DNA of 64,000 nt from Methylocystis sp. (GTDB lineage Bacteria > Pseudomonadota > Alphaproteobacteria > Rhizobiales > Beijerinckiaceae): assembly GCA_024506175.1 (NCBI GenBank), contig JAMBEQ010000021.1, positions 8,538-72,537 of the forward strand. The letters are read 5' to 3'. The translations under genes were made by a program, and so were the position numbers. Each line of letters begins with the position of its first letter. The first letter of the stretch is position 1. The notes under the pieces are model-generated. The model was not told where the DNA came from. It was given only the letters and a program-made list of their open reading frames with translations, and searched no databases. This document shows positions 27,057 to 36,570 of the stretch, piece after piece.

Positions 27057-27464
27057 TTAGCTTCCTTGCGGTCCCTTTAGTTCGACAACATTACGCTCCG
27101 GGTCTGTGACATAGATCGAGGGCCCGTAGCCTTCGGCGCCGTAACGGGAGGTGGTCGGTCCGGCGTCGACGCCATTGGCTTCAAGATGACGCCGGATGCC
27201 GGGTTCGTCAAAGGGATCGACGCGGAAACAGAAGTGATCAAGGTTCCGCCCTTCCGTCCCCGGCGCGGTGCCTCCAACACTCCCGAGTTTCCCGTCCACA
27301 GTCACAAGATCGAGAAGTGACCGGCCTGCTCTGAGCTGTATGAGGCCAATCTCTTCTTGTCGCCTTTCAATGGTACATCCCAGAACATCGCAATAGAACT
27401 TCAGCATAGCGTCGAGGTTCACGACGCGAAGCACCAGATGGTCAATTTCCCGGATCCGGATCAT
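27057..27464 (-). CDS. VOC/glyoxalase family protein
   Basis: IDHLVLRV, FYCDVLG, NLDHFC, SIYVTDPERNVVELK. Confidence 0.92.
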   Translation of the reverse strand: MIRIREIDHLVLRVVNLDAMLKFYCDVLGCTIERRQEEIGLIQLRAGRSLLDLVTVDGKLGSVGGTAPGTEGRNLDHFCFRVDPFDEPGIRRHLEANGVDAGPTTSRYGAEGYGPSIYVTDPERNVVELKGPQGS

Positions 27465-27678
27465 CGCAACTGCTCCTCGGGGGCCCAAATGGCCCTCTTC
27501 GGCGGCTTTTATAGCGAGGCGCAATGACGTCTCTAAGTTGATTTTCCCATAGAGCCTCGTCGCTGCGCCGTTGGCTATCTCAACGCTGATATCGGCGTTA
27601 CGGCAAGCCCCCGGGCAGCGCTGAAATTGTGTGACCGCCAGCAGCCAGATATGGCTGATCGCCTTCGCCGGCCCGCGA

Positions 27679-28989
27679 TCACTCCACCTCTGCGTCCGCA
27701 GTGGCCGCTTCGGCATCGACGGCCGCCGTCTCCTGCTTGGGCGTGCGCTTGAAGGTCGACTTGCGACCGCGCAGGGTCTGCAAGATTTTCGCCCCATTCG
27801 CGAAAGCGAGATAAACGAAAAGAGGCGGAAGCGAGCCGACGGTCTTGGCGAAATCGAGAACCGCACCACGCTTTAGGTGCAGGTAGGGCGGCAGCGTTAT
27901 GCCGAGCGCCACCATCAGCGTCATGACGAGAATCAGCCCCAGCACGCCGCAATAAGGCGCCAGCGAGCCATGCAGGATTGCGCCGAGCGCGAAGGCGATG
28001 AGGCCGATCGCGGCCGCCGGGAAGAAGATTTGATGCGCGATGAGCGAGATCGCCAGCACGCGCTTTGGGAGCGGCCAGGGCGCCTCCCAAATGGGAAGGA
28101 TCGTCTTCTGCGCCACCTGTACGAAGCCGTTGGACCAGCGCCTCTGCTGCCGGCGGAAATCGCGTATGCCGTCCGGCACCTGGCCGGGGATCGGCGGCTC
28201 GGAAACAAAGAGCCCATGCCAGCCCTTGAGTTCAGCTCGCACGGTCAGGTCCAGATCCTCGCAGAGCGAGTAATCCGACCAGCCGCCGGCGTCCGCCACC
28301 GTCGCGCGGCGCCAAATGCCGCCGGTGCCGTTGAATTGGAAAAGCCAACCCGCGAGGGCGCGCGAGCGCTGCTCGACCATGTAATGGCCGTCCTGGATCA
28401 AGCCTTGGGCGCGAGTCAGCCAGTTGGTCTCGTAGTTCTGGAACTCGCAGCGCGACTGCACGAAGCCGGCGCGATCGTCGATCAGGAAGAGCGGCACAGT
28501 GCGGCGGAGCCAATTGGCCGGCGGGCGGAAATCGGCATCCAGCATGGCGATGAAGGGCTCATTTGTCAGCGTCAGCCCATGCGCGCAGGCGCCGGCCTTG
28601 AAGCCCGAACGGTCTTTGCGGCGCACATGGTCGATGATCGCGCCCTGGGCGCGTAGCTCGTCCGCGACGCGCCCGGCCCGTTCACTTGTCTCGTCGGTCG
28701 AGTCGTCGAGGAGCTGAATGCGAAGCTTGTCCTTCGGCCAGTCGAGCTGGGCGACGCAGCGCAGCGATTGTTCGGTGACGAGCGGCTCGTTGAAGACTGG
28801 GATCTGCAGCAGGACATGCGGCAGGTCGGCGTCGGGCGTCGCCGGCGCTTCAGGGTCGCGAGCGCCGCGCAGCCAGTCAAAGAGAAAGCGCCCGATGACG
28901 ACGAGGTAGCCGACCCCGATGGCGACGAGGATCGCGGCGCAAAGATAGGCGACCGCGTCGACGAGAAATAGGAAGAGTCCAAGCAGCAA
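27679..28989 (-). CDS. GT2 membrane glycosyltransferase (CESA/CslA-like)
   Basis: QIPVFNE, QLLDDSTD, GFKAG, DADF, EDLDL, QQRRWSNG (D,D,D,QxxRW set). Confidence 0.92.
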   Translation of the reverse strand: MLLGLFLFLVDAVAYLCAAILVAIGVGYLVVIGRFLFDWLRGARDPEAPATPDADLPHVLLQIPVFNEPLVTEQSLRCVAQLDWPKDKLRIQLLDDSTDETSERAGRVADELRAQGAIIDHVRRKDRSGFKAGACAHGLTLTNEPFIAMLDADFRPPANWLRRTVPLFLIDDRAGFVQSRCEFQNYETNWLTRAQGLIQDGHYMVEQRSRALAGWLFQFNGTGGIWRRATVADAGGWSDYSLCEDLDLTVRAELKGWHGLFVSEPPIPGQVPDGIRDFRRQQRRWSNGFVQVAQKTILPIWEAPWPLPKRVLAISLIAHQIFFPAAAIGLIAFALGAILHGSLAPYCGVLGLILVMTLMVALGITLPPYLHLKRGAVLDFAKTVGSLPPLFVYLAFANGAKILQTLRGRKSTFKRTPKQETAAVDAEAATADAEVE

Positions 28990-28993
28990 AAGG

Positions 28994-30154
28994 CTATCCT
29001 TCTTCAGGCGCGCGGGGCGCTGGCTGCGCCATTGCGCGCGCGTGGACCTTGTCCTTCGCCCAGACTACTCTGTCTGTCATCCAGGCGTTCACCCAGACCG
29101 CGAGCATGATTGCCTCGCGGAAAACGAAAACCGCAGGCGCCGCGTAGGATAACTGCCACCCTTTGGCCAAGGAAAGCAATGTTTCCAACGCGAACCAGAG
29201 CGCGAAGGTTGCGGCGAAGCCGCAAAACGGCGTCGCGCCAAGGAGCGGCGCGGCGAGCGATCCTGCTACAAGCGACGGAAAAGCTTGGCAGATCGGCTCC
29301 AGCAGGAAGGAGACGAGCTCATCGTGGCGACGGATGACGCTCCATCTCAATTGGCGTTGATAAACGTCGTGGAAATCTCGCGCGCCCAGCTCCTGGCGGA
29401 CGGGACGATGAGAAAAAACCGGACGTTGACCGATTCGCCGCATCGCCTTGGCGAGCGCGTTGTCTTCACCCACCGTATGAGAAATGGCGTCGAAGCCGCC
29501 GGCGCGCAGGAAGTCCGAGTGGCGGAACAGCATGATCTTGCCTACGCCATGCCCCTGCCCGAGGCACGAGGCGAGGAACAGCATGCGCGCGTGTGGCCCA
29601 TTGATGATCGCCGCCTCGACATGGGCGGCGAAATTTTCGAGCCCGGCGCAATAGGGAATCGCGCAGACGAGCCCGACGTCGTCCGTCAGCTGCCGGATAT
29701 GCTCGGCGAGCGCGTCGGGCTCCAGAAGGACATTGGCGTCCTTCATGAGGATCACGTCGTTCTCCGCCTGCATAAAAGGCGCGTAAAGATTGTCGACCTT
29801 CGGGCTCACCGCGAAACGCGCCGTCGACAACAATATCCGCGACCGCGTCTCTGGGTGGCGCGCGAAGATCTCGCCCATTTTTCGCAAGGCGGGCGATCTC
29901 GGCTCCGCCGCTGAGACGGTCACGTCGAAACAGGGATAGTTCTGAGTGAAAACGGTTTCCTGAGTTCGCCCGAAGCCGTCATCGAGAAGCTTCACCGGCA
30001 AAACGATGGAGACCGGCGGCTGGTCGCGCCGCCGCGCGCGGCGCTTCGCGATGCGCGGCTGCACAATCGTCGCAATGACTGAGGTGGCCAGGAGCGCCGT
30101 GGCGATGGCCCAATAGGCGGCCGCAAGCCAACTTATGAGCAAGTCGGCGCTCAC
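28994..30154 (-). CDS. GT21 ceramide glucosyltransferase-like protein (HpnI/UGCG family)
   Basis: SPKVDNL, MKDANV, GKIMLFR, GEDNAL, RQLRWS..RR; GTG overlaps the SDR stop. Confidence 0.88.
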   Translation of the reverse strand: MSADLLISWLAAAYWAIATALLATSVIATIVQPRIAKRRARRRDQPPVSIVLPVKLLDDGFGRTQETVFTQNYPCFDVTVSAAEPRSPALRKMGEIFARHPETRSRILLSTARFAVSPKVDNLYAPFMQAENDVILMKDANVLLEPDALAEHIRQLTDDVGLVCAIPYCAGLENFAAHVEAAIINGPHARMLFLASCLGQGHGVGKIMLFRHSDFLRAGGFDAISHTVGEDNALAKAMRRIGQRPVFSHRPVRQELGARDFHDVYQRQLRWSVIRRHDELVSFLLEPICQAFPSLVAGSLAAPLLGATPFCGFAATFALWFALETLLSLAKGWQLSYAAPAVFVFREAIMLAVWVNAWMTDRVVWAKDKVHARAMAQPAPRAPEEG

Positions 30155-30999
30155 ATGCCCTCGCCGCGCTCTGGCGATTCCGGCACGACGACATGGAAGC
30201 GCCGCATGATGCCGTCGACCAGAGAGGGCGGCAAGAAGGAAAAGAAGCGCAAGGCGTAATACATGTATTGCGGGAAGGCGATGACCGGCCGCCGGCGCTC
30301 CAGGCCGCGTTTGATGATCTCCGCCGCCTTGGCATCCGAAATGGCGCTCGGCTGCCAGGATTTGGTGCGCGCAGACATGGGCGTCTTCACGAAGCCCGGC
30401 ACGATGAGGCTCACCTTCACGCCATGGGGGGCGAGCTGGCCACGCAGACAATCGGCCCACATGTGAACGCTGGCCTTGGCCGCGCAATAGGCGGGCGAAT
30501 AGGGCAGACTGCGCACGCCCGCCATGGAGCCGACGATGGCGATCTGACCCTGCTTGCGACTCGTCATGGCGGGGATGGCGGGCTCGACCGTGTTGAAGAC
30601 GCCCGCGACATTGATCGCCAAAGTGGCGCGCACGGCTTCCGGCGTCTCCAGAATTTGGCCCGGCGACAGGCCCGTGGCGACGCCGGCGTTGGCCACGATG
30701 ATATCGATGGGCCGCGCGGCATGTGCGGCCTCGACGACGCGCGCCATGGCCTCGCGATCGCGCACGTCGGCAACGCGGGTTTCAACCTCGGCGGCGCCGG
30801 CGGCGCGGCAGGCTTCGGCGGTCGCATCGAGGCGCGCTTTATCGCGGCCGAGCAGATAGAGGCTCGCGCCGTCCCTGGCGTAGGCGATGGCGAGCGCCCG
30901 GCCGATGCCGGAGGAAGCGCCGGTGATGAGGAGGCGCTTTCCGAGCGCGAGGTCGGACGCGGCAGGCGCCCGGGTCGAGGCAACGGCCGTGTCGGTCAT
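30151..30999 (-). CDS. Short-chain dehydrogenase/reductase
   Basis: ITGASSGIG, IIVANAG, YCAAK catalytic motif, PGFVKT. Confidence 0.93.
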   Translation of the reverse strand: MTDTAVASTRAPAASDLALGKRLLITGASSGIGRALAIAYARDGASLYLLGRDKARLDATAEACRAAGAAEVETRVADVRDREAMARVVEAAHAARPIDIIVANAGVATGLSPGQILETPEAVRATLAINVAGVFNTVEPAIPAMTSRKQGQIAIVGSMAGVRSLPYSPAYCAAKASVHMWADCLRGQLAPHGVKVSLIVPGFVKTPMSARTKSWQPSAISDAKAAEIIKRGLERRRPVIAFPQYMYYALRFFSFLPPSLVDGIMRRFHVVVPESPERGEGM

Positions 31000-31436
31000 G
31001 GTCTACCCGCCCCGGCTTTGGCCTCAGTCCCCGAGACAGAAGGGAGAAACCGCAACGTCGCCTCGCCGATGATTCCCGGCGCGCGAGCGGCGCCATGGGC
31101 GAACAGGCGGATGAAAATCTCGTCAGGAGACGCGCGCAACACCCGGCCAGAGAGCCTCACCGTCTCGCCGCGCAGGATCGGCTGGATGAATTTCGCAGAA
31201 AAGCCGACAAGGCTGAGATCCTTCCGCCATTTGGCGAGCATGGGCTCGAAGGCGGCGAGCAGCTTCATCCCATGCACCGGCGGCGCAGCGAGGCCGATCT
31301 TGGCGGCGAGCGCGTCGTCGAGATGGAGCGGATTGTCATCGCCGGAAACCTCGGCGTAGCGCGCAAGGGCCTCGCAGTCGAAGGGGCCGATGACCACTTC
31401 CGGCAACTTGTCGCCGACGCTGATGGCGTGGCTCAT
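30996..31436 (-). CDS. MaoC-like (R)-hydratase/dehydratase, catalytic subunit (HadB-like)
   Basis: YAEVSGDDNPLHLD hydratase-2 motif, PVHGM. Confidence 0.9.
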   Translation of the reverse strand: MSHAISVGDKLPEVVIGPFDCEALARYAEVSGDDNPLHLDDALAAKIGLAAPPVHGMKLLAAFEPMLAKWRKDLSLVGFSAKFIQPILRGETVRLSGRVLRASPDEIFIRLFAHGAARAPGIIGEATLRFLPSVSGTEAKAGAGRP

Positions 31437-31855
31437 GGCGCTGCTCCGAGTCCCGCGCGGGGAACGAGACGCAGGGTCGTTTCGATCCGCGCGACCGTGG
31501 CGCCGTCGAGGGCGGAGATGGTCGCGTCAATCACGATGCGCGGCGGCGTCGCTTCGCAGCGCAGCAAGACGCGAACATCATAGCTCTCGCCCGAGAGAAG
31601 CGGCGTCTCATAAGCGAAGCTTTGGGCCTCATGCACGGGCACGGCGTCGAGCGTCGCGCAGATTTCGCGCACTGGCGCAGAGAGCGCCGGCTCCATCAGC
31701 CAGAGGGCCGGATAAGACAGCGGCACGCTCGATCCATCCCCGCCCGTCTCGCGCGCATAGGCCGCCGCGCGCGCCGGGTCGACTCGCAGGCGGAAGGGGC
31801 CGAGATTTCTCGGCGCATCGAGCGGCAGATCTGGCTTCTCGGCGTCAATCTGCAT
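31433..31855 (-). CDS. Hot-dog fold MaoC-N-like partner subunit (HadA-like)
   Basis: AAYARETG, YPA, VHEAQSFAYETPL..GESY pattern; translationally coupled to both neighbours. Confidence 0.65.
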   Translation of the reverse strand: MQIDAEKPDLPLDAPRNLGPFRLRVDPARAAAYARETGGDGSSVPLSYPALWLMEPALSAPVREICATLDAVPVHEAQSFAYETPLLSGESYDVRVLLRCEATPPRIVIDATISALDGATVARIETTLRLVPRAGLGAAP

Positions 31856-33080
31856 GGCGAACGACCAGAACGGCGTTTATGCCGCCGAAAGCGAAAGAGT
31901 TGGACATGGCCGCGTCGATCTTATGGGGCCGCGCGGTATTGGGCACGGCGTCGATCGGGCAGCGCGGATCGAATTCCAGGAAATTGATCGTGGGCGGAAC
32001 TACTTGCTCGCGCAAGGCCTCGATGGTGATCGCGAGCTCCAGCCCGCCGCTGGCGCCGAGCGCATGGCCATGAATAGGCTTGGTCGAGGAAACGGGAACC
32101 TCGCGCCCATAATCGCCGAAGACGCGTAGGATCGCCTCCGACTCGGTAATGTCATTGGCGTGCGTGGCCGTGCCATGGGCGTTGATATAACGGATGTCCC
32201 GCGGGGCGAGGCCCGCATCCTCCAGCGCCTGCGAGATGCAGCTGGCGGCGCCATCCAGATCCGGCCGGACGGGGTCCTTGGCGTCGCTCGTCGTGCCGTA
32301 GCCCGCGAGCTCGCAAAGCGGCTCCTGGCCGCGCGCGCGCGCCGACTCGGCCGTCTCCAAAATAAAGACCGCCGCCCCTTCGCCGAGCGACATGCCGTTG
32401 CGGCCGATGGAGAAGGGCCGACAGAAATTGGGCGTCATCACCCGCAGCCCTTCCCAGGCGCGGATGGTGGCGTTGATGACGCAGGCCTCGGCGCCGCCGA
32501 CGATCGCCTTGTCCACCATGCCGGAGCGGATCATTTGCATCCCGATCCCGACCGACTGGCTCGCCGAGGAGCAGGCGCTGCCCACGGCGAAGGTGGGGCC
32601 GAGCGCCGAGAAGCGGGCGCCGAGCGTGGTCGGCATGGCGCTCGGGATGAGCTTCGGGACGCTCAGCGTCTCGGGCCGCGTGTGCTCCACGTAGTATTTG
32701 TAGATGCCATCCTCGATCGTGGTCATGCCGCCGATGCCGGTGCCCATGATCACGGCCGTGCGCGGCCCGGCGATGTCCTTGCGGCCGAAGCCCGCCTGCG
32801 CCATCGCCTCGTCAGCTGCTACGACGGCGAACTGCGTGAAAGGGTCGCAGAAGGGGAGAACGTTCTCCTCTATATGGGCGGCCGGGTCGAAATCCGGCAC
32901 TTGCGCGGCGATCCGGATGCGCCCGTCATAGGGGCGCTCGGTTTTGAGCTCGCGAATCTGGGCCACGCCGTCGCGCGCGGCCTCCCACAGCTTGCGCGCG
33001 CCGACGCCCGAGCCGCAAACCACGCCCATGCCGGAGACGACGACTCGGCGTCCTCCGTCCCCGCTTCGCGAAGCCGCCAT
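31845..33080 (-). CDS. Beta-ketoacyl-ACP synthase (FabF/NodE-like)
   Basis: SACSS (Cys), NAHGTAT (His), TKPIHGHALGASG (His), SNSFAFGG; WEGLRVM..NFCRPFS segment resembles NodE. Confidence 0.93.
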   Translation of the reverse strand: MAASRSGDGGRRVVVSGMGVVCGSGVGARKLWEAARDGVAQIRELKTERPYDGRIRIAAQVPDFDPAAHIEENVLPFCDPFTQFAVVAADEAMAQAGFGRKDIAGPRTAVIMGTGIGGMTTIEDGIYKYYVEHTRPETLSVPKLIPSAMPTTLGARFSALGPTFAVGSACSSASQSVGIGMQMIRSGMVDKAIVGGAEACVINATIRAWEGLRVMTPNFCRPFSIGRNGMSLGEGAAVFILETAESARARGQEPLCELAGYGTTSDAKDPVRPDLDGAASCISQALEDAGLAPRDIRYINAHGTATHANDITESEAILRVFGDYGREVPVSSTKPIHGHALGASGGLELAITIEALREQVVPPTINFLEFDPRCPIDAVPNTARPHKIDAAMSNSFAFGGINAVLVVRHAD

Positions 33081-33356
33081 TTACTGGGTCTCGCGCTCTT
33101 TCTGAATATGCTCGGCGATCGCGCCGATGAGGCTCTCGACTGTCTTGGCCTCCTGGAGCGAGCCGTCCATCGGGATATAGACGTTGAACTTCTCCTCGAG
33201 CGCCGTGAGGATCATGACGATGTCTACCGACTTGAGGTCGAGACTTTCGATGGTCGCGTCGGGCGTCACCTTACTGCGGTCGACCATGCCCTCCGAAGCG
33301 ATCACTTCTATGATTTCCTCTTTGAGCTTGGCAATGTCTTGAGGATTGTCAGCCAC
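33081..33356 (-). CDS. Acyl carrier protein (stand-alone, cluster-specific)
   Basis: Acidic 91 aa; DLKSVDIV phosphopantetheine site; ALEEKF. Confidence 0.88.
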   Translation of the reverse strand: MADNPQDIAKLKEEIIEVIASEGMVDRSKVTPDATIESLDLKSVDIVMILTALEEKFNVYIPMDGSLQEAKTVESLIGAIAEHIQKERETQ

Positions 33357-33598
33357 GAAATCCCTCCGTTAAGGGTCTATCGATCCGCGAGAACGCTCGC
33401 GTGGCGCACCACCGCGCGAAAGCGAAATGAAGGCCGTGCGCCCACCCCTTCCACGCCTTTTCCGGGGCGGCGGAAACTTGGTTACGGGTTTTGGCGACGA
33501 AAATAAAGCCCGGCCCAACCTTCGGGGTTCAGGTCCCGCTTCCCCAGGGCGGCGCTTCGTGGCAAAAGGCCCGCAAAACACGAGGGGTCCAGATCGAA

Positions 33599-35464
33599 AT
33601 GAGCGCCAACGAGACAGCCATCGCCGGGGTTTTTCCACAGCCGAACGAGGAGCAGTGGCGCAAGCTCGTCGATAAGGCGCTGAAAGGCGGCTCCTTCGAC
33701 AAGCTCGTTTCCAAGACTTATGACGGCGTTGCCATCGCCCCCCTTTACACGCGCGCCGCCAATCAGGCCCCGCGCGCCCTGCGCAAGACGCCCGGGCGCT
33801 GGTCGATCCTCGGCCGCGTTGATCTCGCCGACGCGGACGCCGCCAACAAATTCGCCCTCGAAGATCTCGAAGGCGGCGCAGATGGCCTGCATATCGTCTT
33901 TGCCGGGGCGCAGGGCGCTTATGGCGCGGGTCTGACGAGCGACAGCGACGAGACGATCGCACATCTTCTGGCCAGCGTTCGGCTCGATTACGGCGTCCCC
34001 GTCCTCGTCGAAGCCTCGCCGCGGGCCCCCAATGCGCCCGCCGCCATCATGCGTTATGTCGACAGCCGCCACATCGAGCCGTCGATCACCCGCATTTCCT
34101 TCGGCCTCGATCCCCTGGGGCTCCAGGCGCTGCACGGATTCGCGCCGGCCCACTGGAGCGAGGGCGCTAAGACTTTCGCCGCCGCCGTCAAGGCGATCGC
34201 CAAGGCCGGCTTCTCCAATGGCGTAGTTGTCGCCGACGCGCGCCTCGTCCACGCGGCGGGCGGCTCGGAGGCGCAGGAACTCGCTTTCGTGCTCGCCGCC
34301 GCCGTGGCCTATCTGCGCGTGCTGACCGACAACGGCCTCGACATCGAGACCGCCCGCTCGCTGATCGCGCTGCGTTTCGCCGCCGACGCCGACGAGTTCA
34401 TGGGCGTCGCCAAATTCCGCGCCGCGCGCCGGCTCTGGGCTCGGGTTGAGGAAGCCTGCGGCCTCGCCCCGAAGCCGGCCCTGATCTTCGCCGAAACCGC
34501 CTGGCGCATGATGTCGCGCCGCGACCCCTGGAACAACATATTGCGCGGCACGCTCGCGACCTTCTCCGCGGCGATCGGCGGGGCCGATACGGTCACCGTT
34601 CTGCCCTTCACCCAGCCTTTCGGCGCGGCGGATGGGTTCGCCCGACGCCTCGCCCGCGACACGCAACTCGTGCTGCAGGACGAGTCCCATATCGACGTCG
34701 TCAACGATCCGACGAGCGGAGCCGGCGGGTTCGAGGCGCTGACGCAGGATCTATGCGAGCGCGCCTGGGCGGCCTTCCAGGAGATCGAGGCGGAAGGCGG
34801 CCTGCCGGCGGCGCTCGAAAAGGGAAGCTTCCAGGGCCGCGTCGCCGCGACCGCGGGCGAGCGCGCGAAAAGGATTGCGCGTGCGAAGGAAAAGGTCATC
34901 GGCGGGAATGAATTTCCGGATATCCACGAAAAGACCCTCGACGTCGCCGCGCCTTATGACGCCTCGCGCCTTTCCGCTGACGCGCCCGCCGGGGCGCTGA
35001 CGTCGGCCTCGCTCGCCCCGCGACGTCTCTCCGAGCCCTTCGAACGTCTGCGCGACGAGTCCGACGCCTATGCCGAAAAAACAGGCAAGCGCCCGAAAGT
35101 CTTCCTGGCCAATCTGGACTCCGTCGCGGCCTTCACGGCGCGCGCCAATTACGCCAAGAATTTCTTCGAAGCGGGCGGCGTGGAAGCCGTTTTCGGGCCT
35201 GAGGCCGAGTCGACGGCCGAAATCGTGGCGGCTTTCGGCGCGTCTGGCGCCAAACTCGCTTGCCTGTGCTCGTCAGACAAGATCTACGCCGAGGCGGCGG
35301 AGCCGGCCGCAACCGCCCTGAGAGCGGCGGGTGCCAAGCTTTATTCCGCCGGCCGGCCCGGCGAGATGGAGCAGAAGCTTCGCAATGTAGGCGTCACAGA
35401 GTTCATTTATGTCGGCTGCGACATGCACGACGTTCTGCAGCGGGCGCTCGAGGAGGCCAAATGA
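33599..35464 (+). CDS. Methylmalonyl-CoA mutase small (beta) subunit
   Basis: W.KLVDKALKG..F..L...TYDG, DPW.NILRGTLA.F.A..GGAD, LARDTQLVLQDES, DP..GAG; C-terminal B12-like domain without DxHxxG. Confidence 0.92.
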   Translation: MSANETAIAGVFPQPNEEQWRKLVDKALKGGSFDKLVSKTYDGVAIAPLYTRAANQAPRALRKTPGRWSILGRVDLADADAANKFALEDLEGGADGLHIVFAGAQGAYGAGLTSDSDETIAHLLASVRLDYGVPVLVEASPRAPNAPAAIMRYVDSRHIEPSITRISFGLDPLGLQALHGFAPAHWSEGAKTFAAAVKAIAKAGFSNGVVVADARLVHAAGGSEAQELAFVLAAAVAYLRVLTDNGLDIETARSLIALRFAADADEFMGVAKFRAARRLWARVEEACGLAPKPALIFAETAWRMMSRRDPWNNILRGTLATFSAAIGGADTVTVLPFTQPFGAADGFARRLARDTQLVLQDESHIDVVNDPTSGAGGFEALTQDLCERAWAAFQEIEAEGGLPAALEKGSFQGRVAATAGERAKRIARAKEKVIGGNEFPDIHEKTLDVAAPYDASRLSADAPAGALTSASLAPRRLSEPFERLRDESDAYAEKTGKRPKVFLANLDSVAAFTARANYAKNFFEAGGVEAVFGPEAESTAEIVAAFGASGAKLACLCSSDKIYAEAAEPAATALRAAGAKLYSAGRPGEMEQKLRNVGVTEFIYVGCDMHDVLQRALEEAK

Positions 35465-35865
35465 GGTTCTGGGCAATTGCATTAGCGACGTCGCTCGCGG
35501 CGAGCGGCGCGGCGGCGAAGGCCCAGAAAAACCATAAGGAAGACGCTCGCCGGGAGATCGCGATGGCCGCCCCCCGGGACCCCAACGGCGCCTGGACCAT
35601 CGAAGCGACGACGAGCGTCGGCGATTGCCCTGCGCTCATCCCCAGCGCGTTGACCATTGACGACAAAAGGATCACGAGCGCCTTCGGCGCCAGCGTCTCG
35701 ACGTGGGGCTACGTGGACGAGGATGGCAACATCGTCGCGCGCTTCACCGGCGAAGGCGAGCATGTCGCGCGTCTCCACGGCATGCTGAAGGCCGGCAAGG
35801 GCGCGGGCGCCTGGTCCTCCTCGACCGACATGTGCGGTGGAGTCTGGCGCGCGGCGCAGCAGTGA
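35461..35865 (+). CDS. Secreted beta-rich hypothetical protein
   Basis: ATGA overlap with the mutase gene; signal peptide; G.W...T..G.C...G.G.W....C.G.W.A pattern. Confidence 0.8.
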   Translation: MRFWAIALATSLAASGAAAKAQKNHKEDARREIAMAAPRDPNGAWTIEATTSVGDCPALIPSALTIDDKRITSAFGASVSTWGYVDEDGNIVARFTGEGEHVARLHGMLKAGKGAGAWSSSTDMCGGVWRAAQQ

Positions 35866-36024
35866 CGTTCCGGTCCCTGCGAGGCGATCGAGCCTATGGA
35901 AGGTTTCCCGAACTGGCCGCTGCGCGGCTCCCCGCTTGATCGCGACGCGCGGAGGGGCCATAAATCGCTCGCCGGGACGCCGTTCGGGTCCCGAAAAATC
36001 GAGGCGCCAGAAGGGCTTCCTATC

Positions 36025-36450
36025 ATGTCGCGTCCGCCGCTCAATTCGCCGTTTCTGCTGGGGTTCGACGAGATCGAACGGGCGCTCGATCGCGTCACGC
36101 GCAGCGGGACGGACGGCTATCCGCCTTACAACATCGAGCGCATCCCGCGCACCGAGAACGAGCCCGAGCGGTTGCGGATCACCTTGGCTGTAGCGGGCTT
36201 CACCCGGGATCAGCTCGACGTGTCGCTGGAGGAAAACCAGCTCGTCATCCGGGGCCGGCAGGTGGACGACCGCGAGCGCCATTTCCTGCATCGCGGCATC
36301 GCCTCGCGCCAGTTCCAGCGCGCCTTCCTGCTCGCCGACGGCATGCAGGTGCTCGGCGCCGACCTGATGAACGGGCTGCTCTCAGTCGATCTCGTGCGCC
36401 CGGAGCCGGCTCGGGTGATCCAAAAGATCGATATCGCCGCGCGAGATTGA
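36025..36450 (+). CDS. Small heat-shock protein (Hsp20, IbpA class)
   Basis: SPFLLGFD, YPPYNIE, ITLAVAGF, FLHRGIA.RQFQR.F.LADG, NGLL. Confidence 0.96.
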   Translation: MSRPPLNSPFLLGFDEIERALDRVTRSGTDGYPPYNIERIPRTENEPERLRITLAVAGFTRDQLDVSLEENQLVIRGRQVDDRERHFLHRGIASRQFQRAFLLADGMQVLGADLMNGLLSVDLVRPEPARVIQKIDIAARD

Positions 36451-36465
36451 TGGGGTCGCGTTTTC

Positions 36466-36570
36466 CTATGGCGCTTTGTTTGATGACGCATTTAGGCTAG
36501 CGATGAGGTCAACGAAGCGTGATGCGGTCTCTATCGCTTCTTCTGCTTCCGCGAGAGTCTTCTGCGTCAT
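36466..36570 (-). pseudogene. HEPN toxin remnant (34 aa, internal deletion)
   Basis: ATGA overlap with the MNT stop; MTQK fused to AEEAIETASRFVDLIA, which resembles the C-terminal helix of HEPN partners. Confidence 0.55.

Noticed and set aside
33599-35464. Mutase subunit lacking the B12-binding DxHxxG motif as a pseudogene
   Set aside because: Normal for the non-catalytic small subunit; the large subunit can be encoded elsewhere
35935-35964. RpoH promoter for hsp20 (CTTG-N19-CCATAAA)
   Set aside because: Spacing and -10 element deviate from consensus; too weak to call
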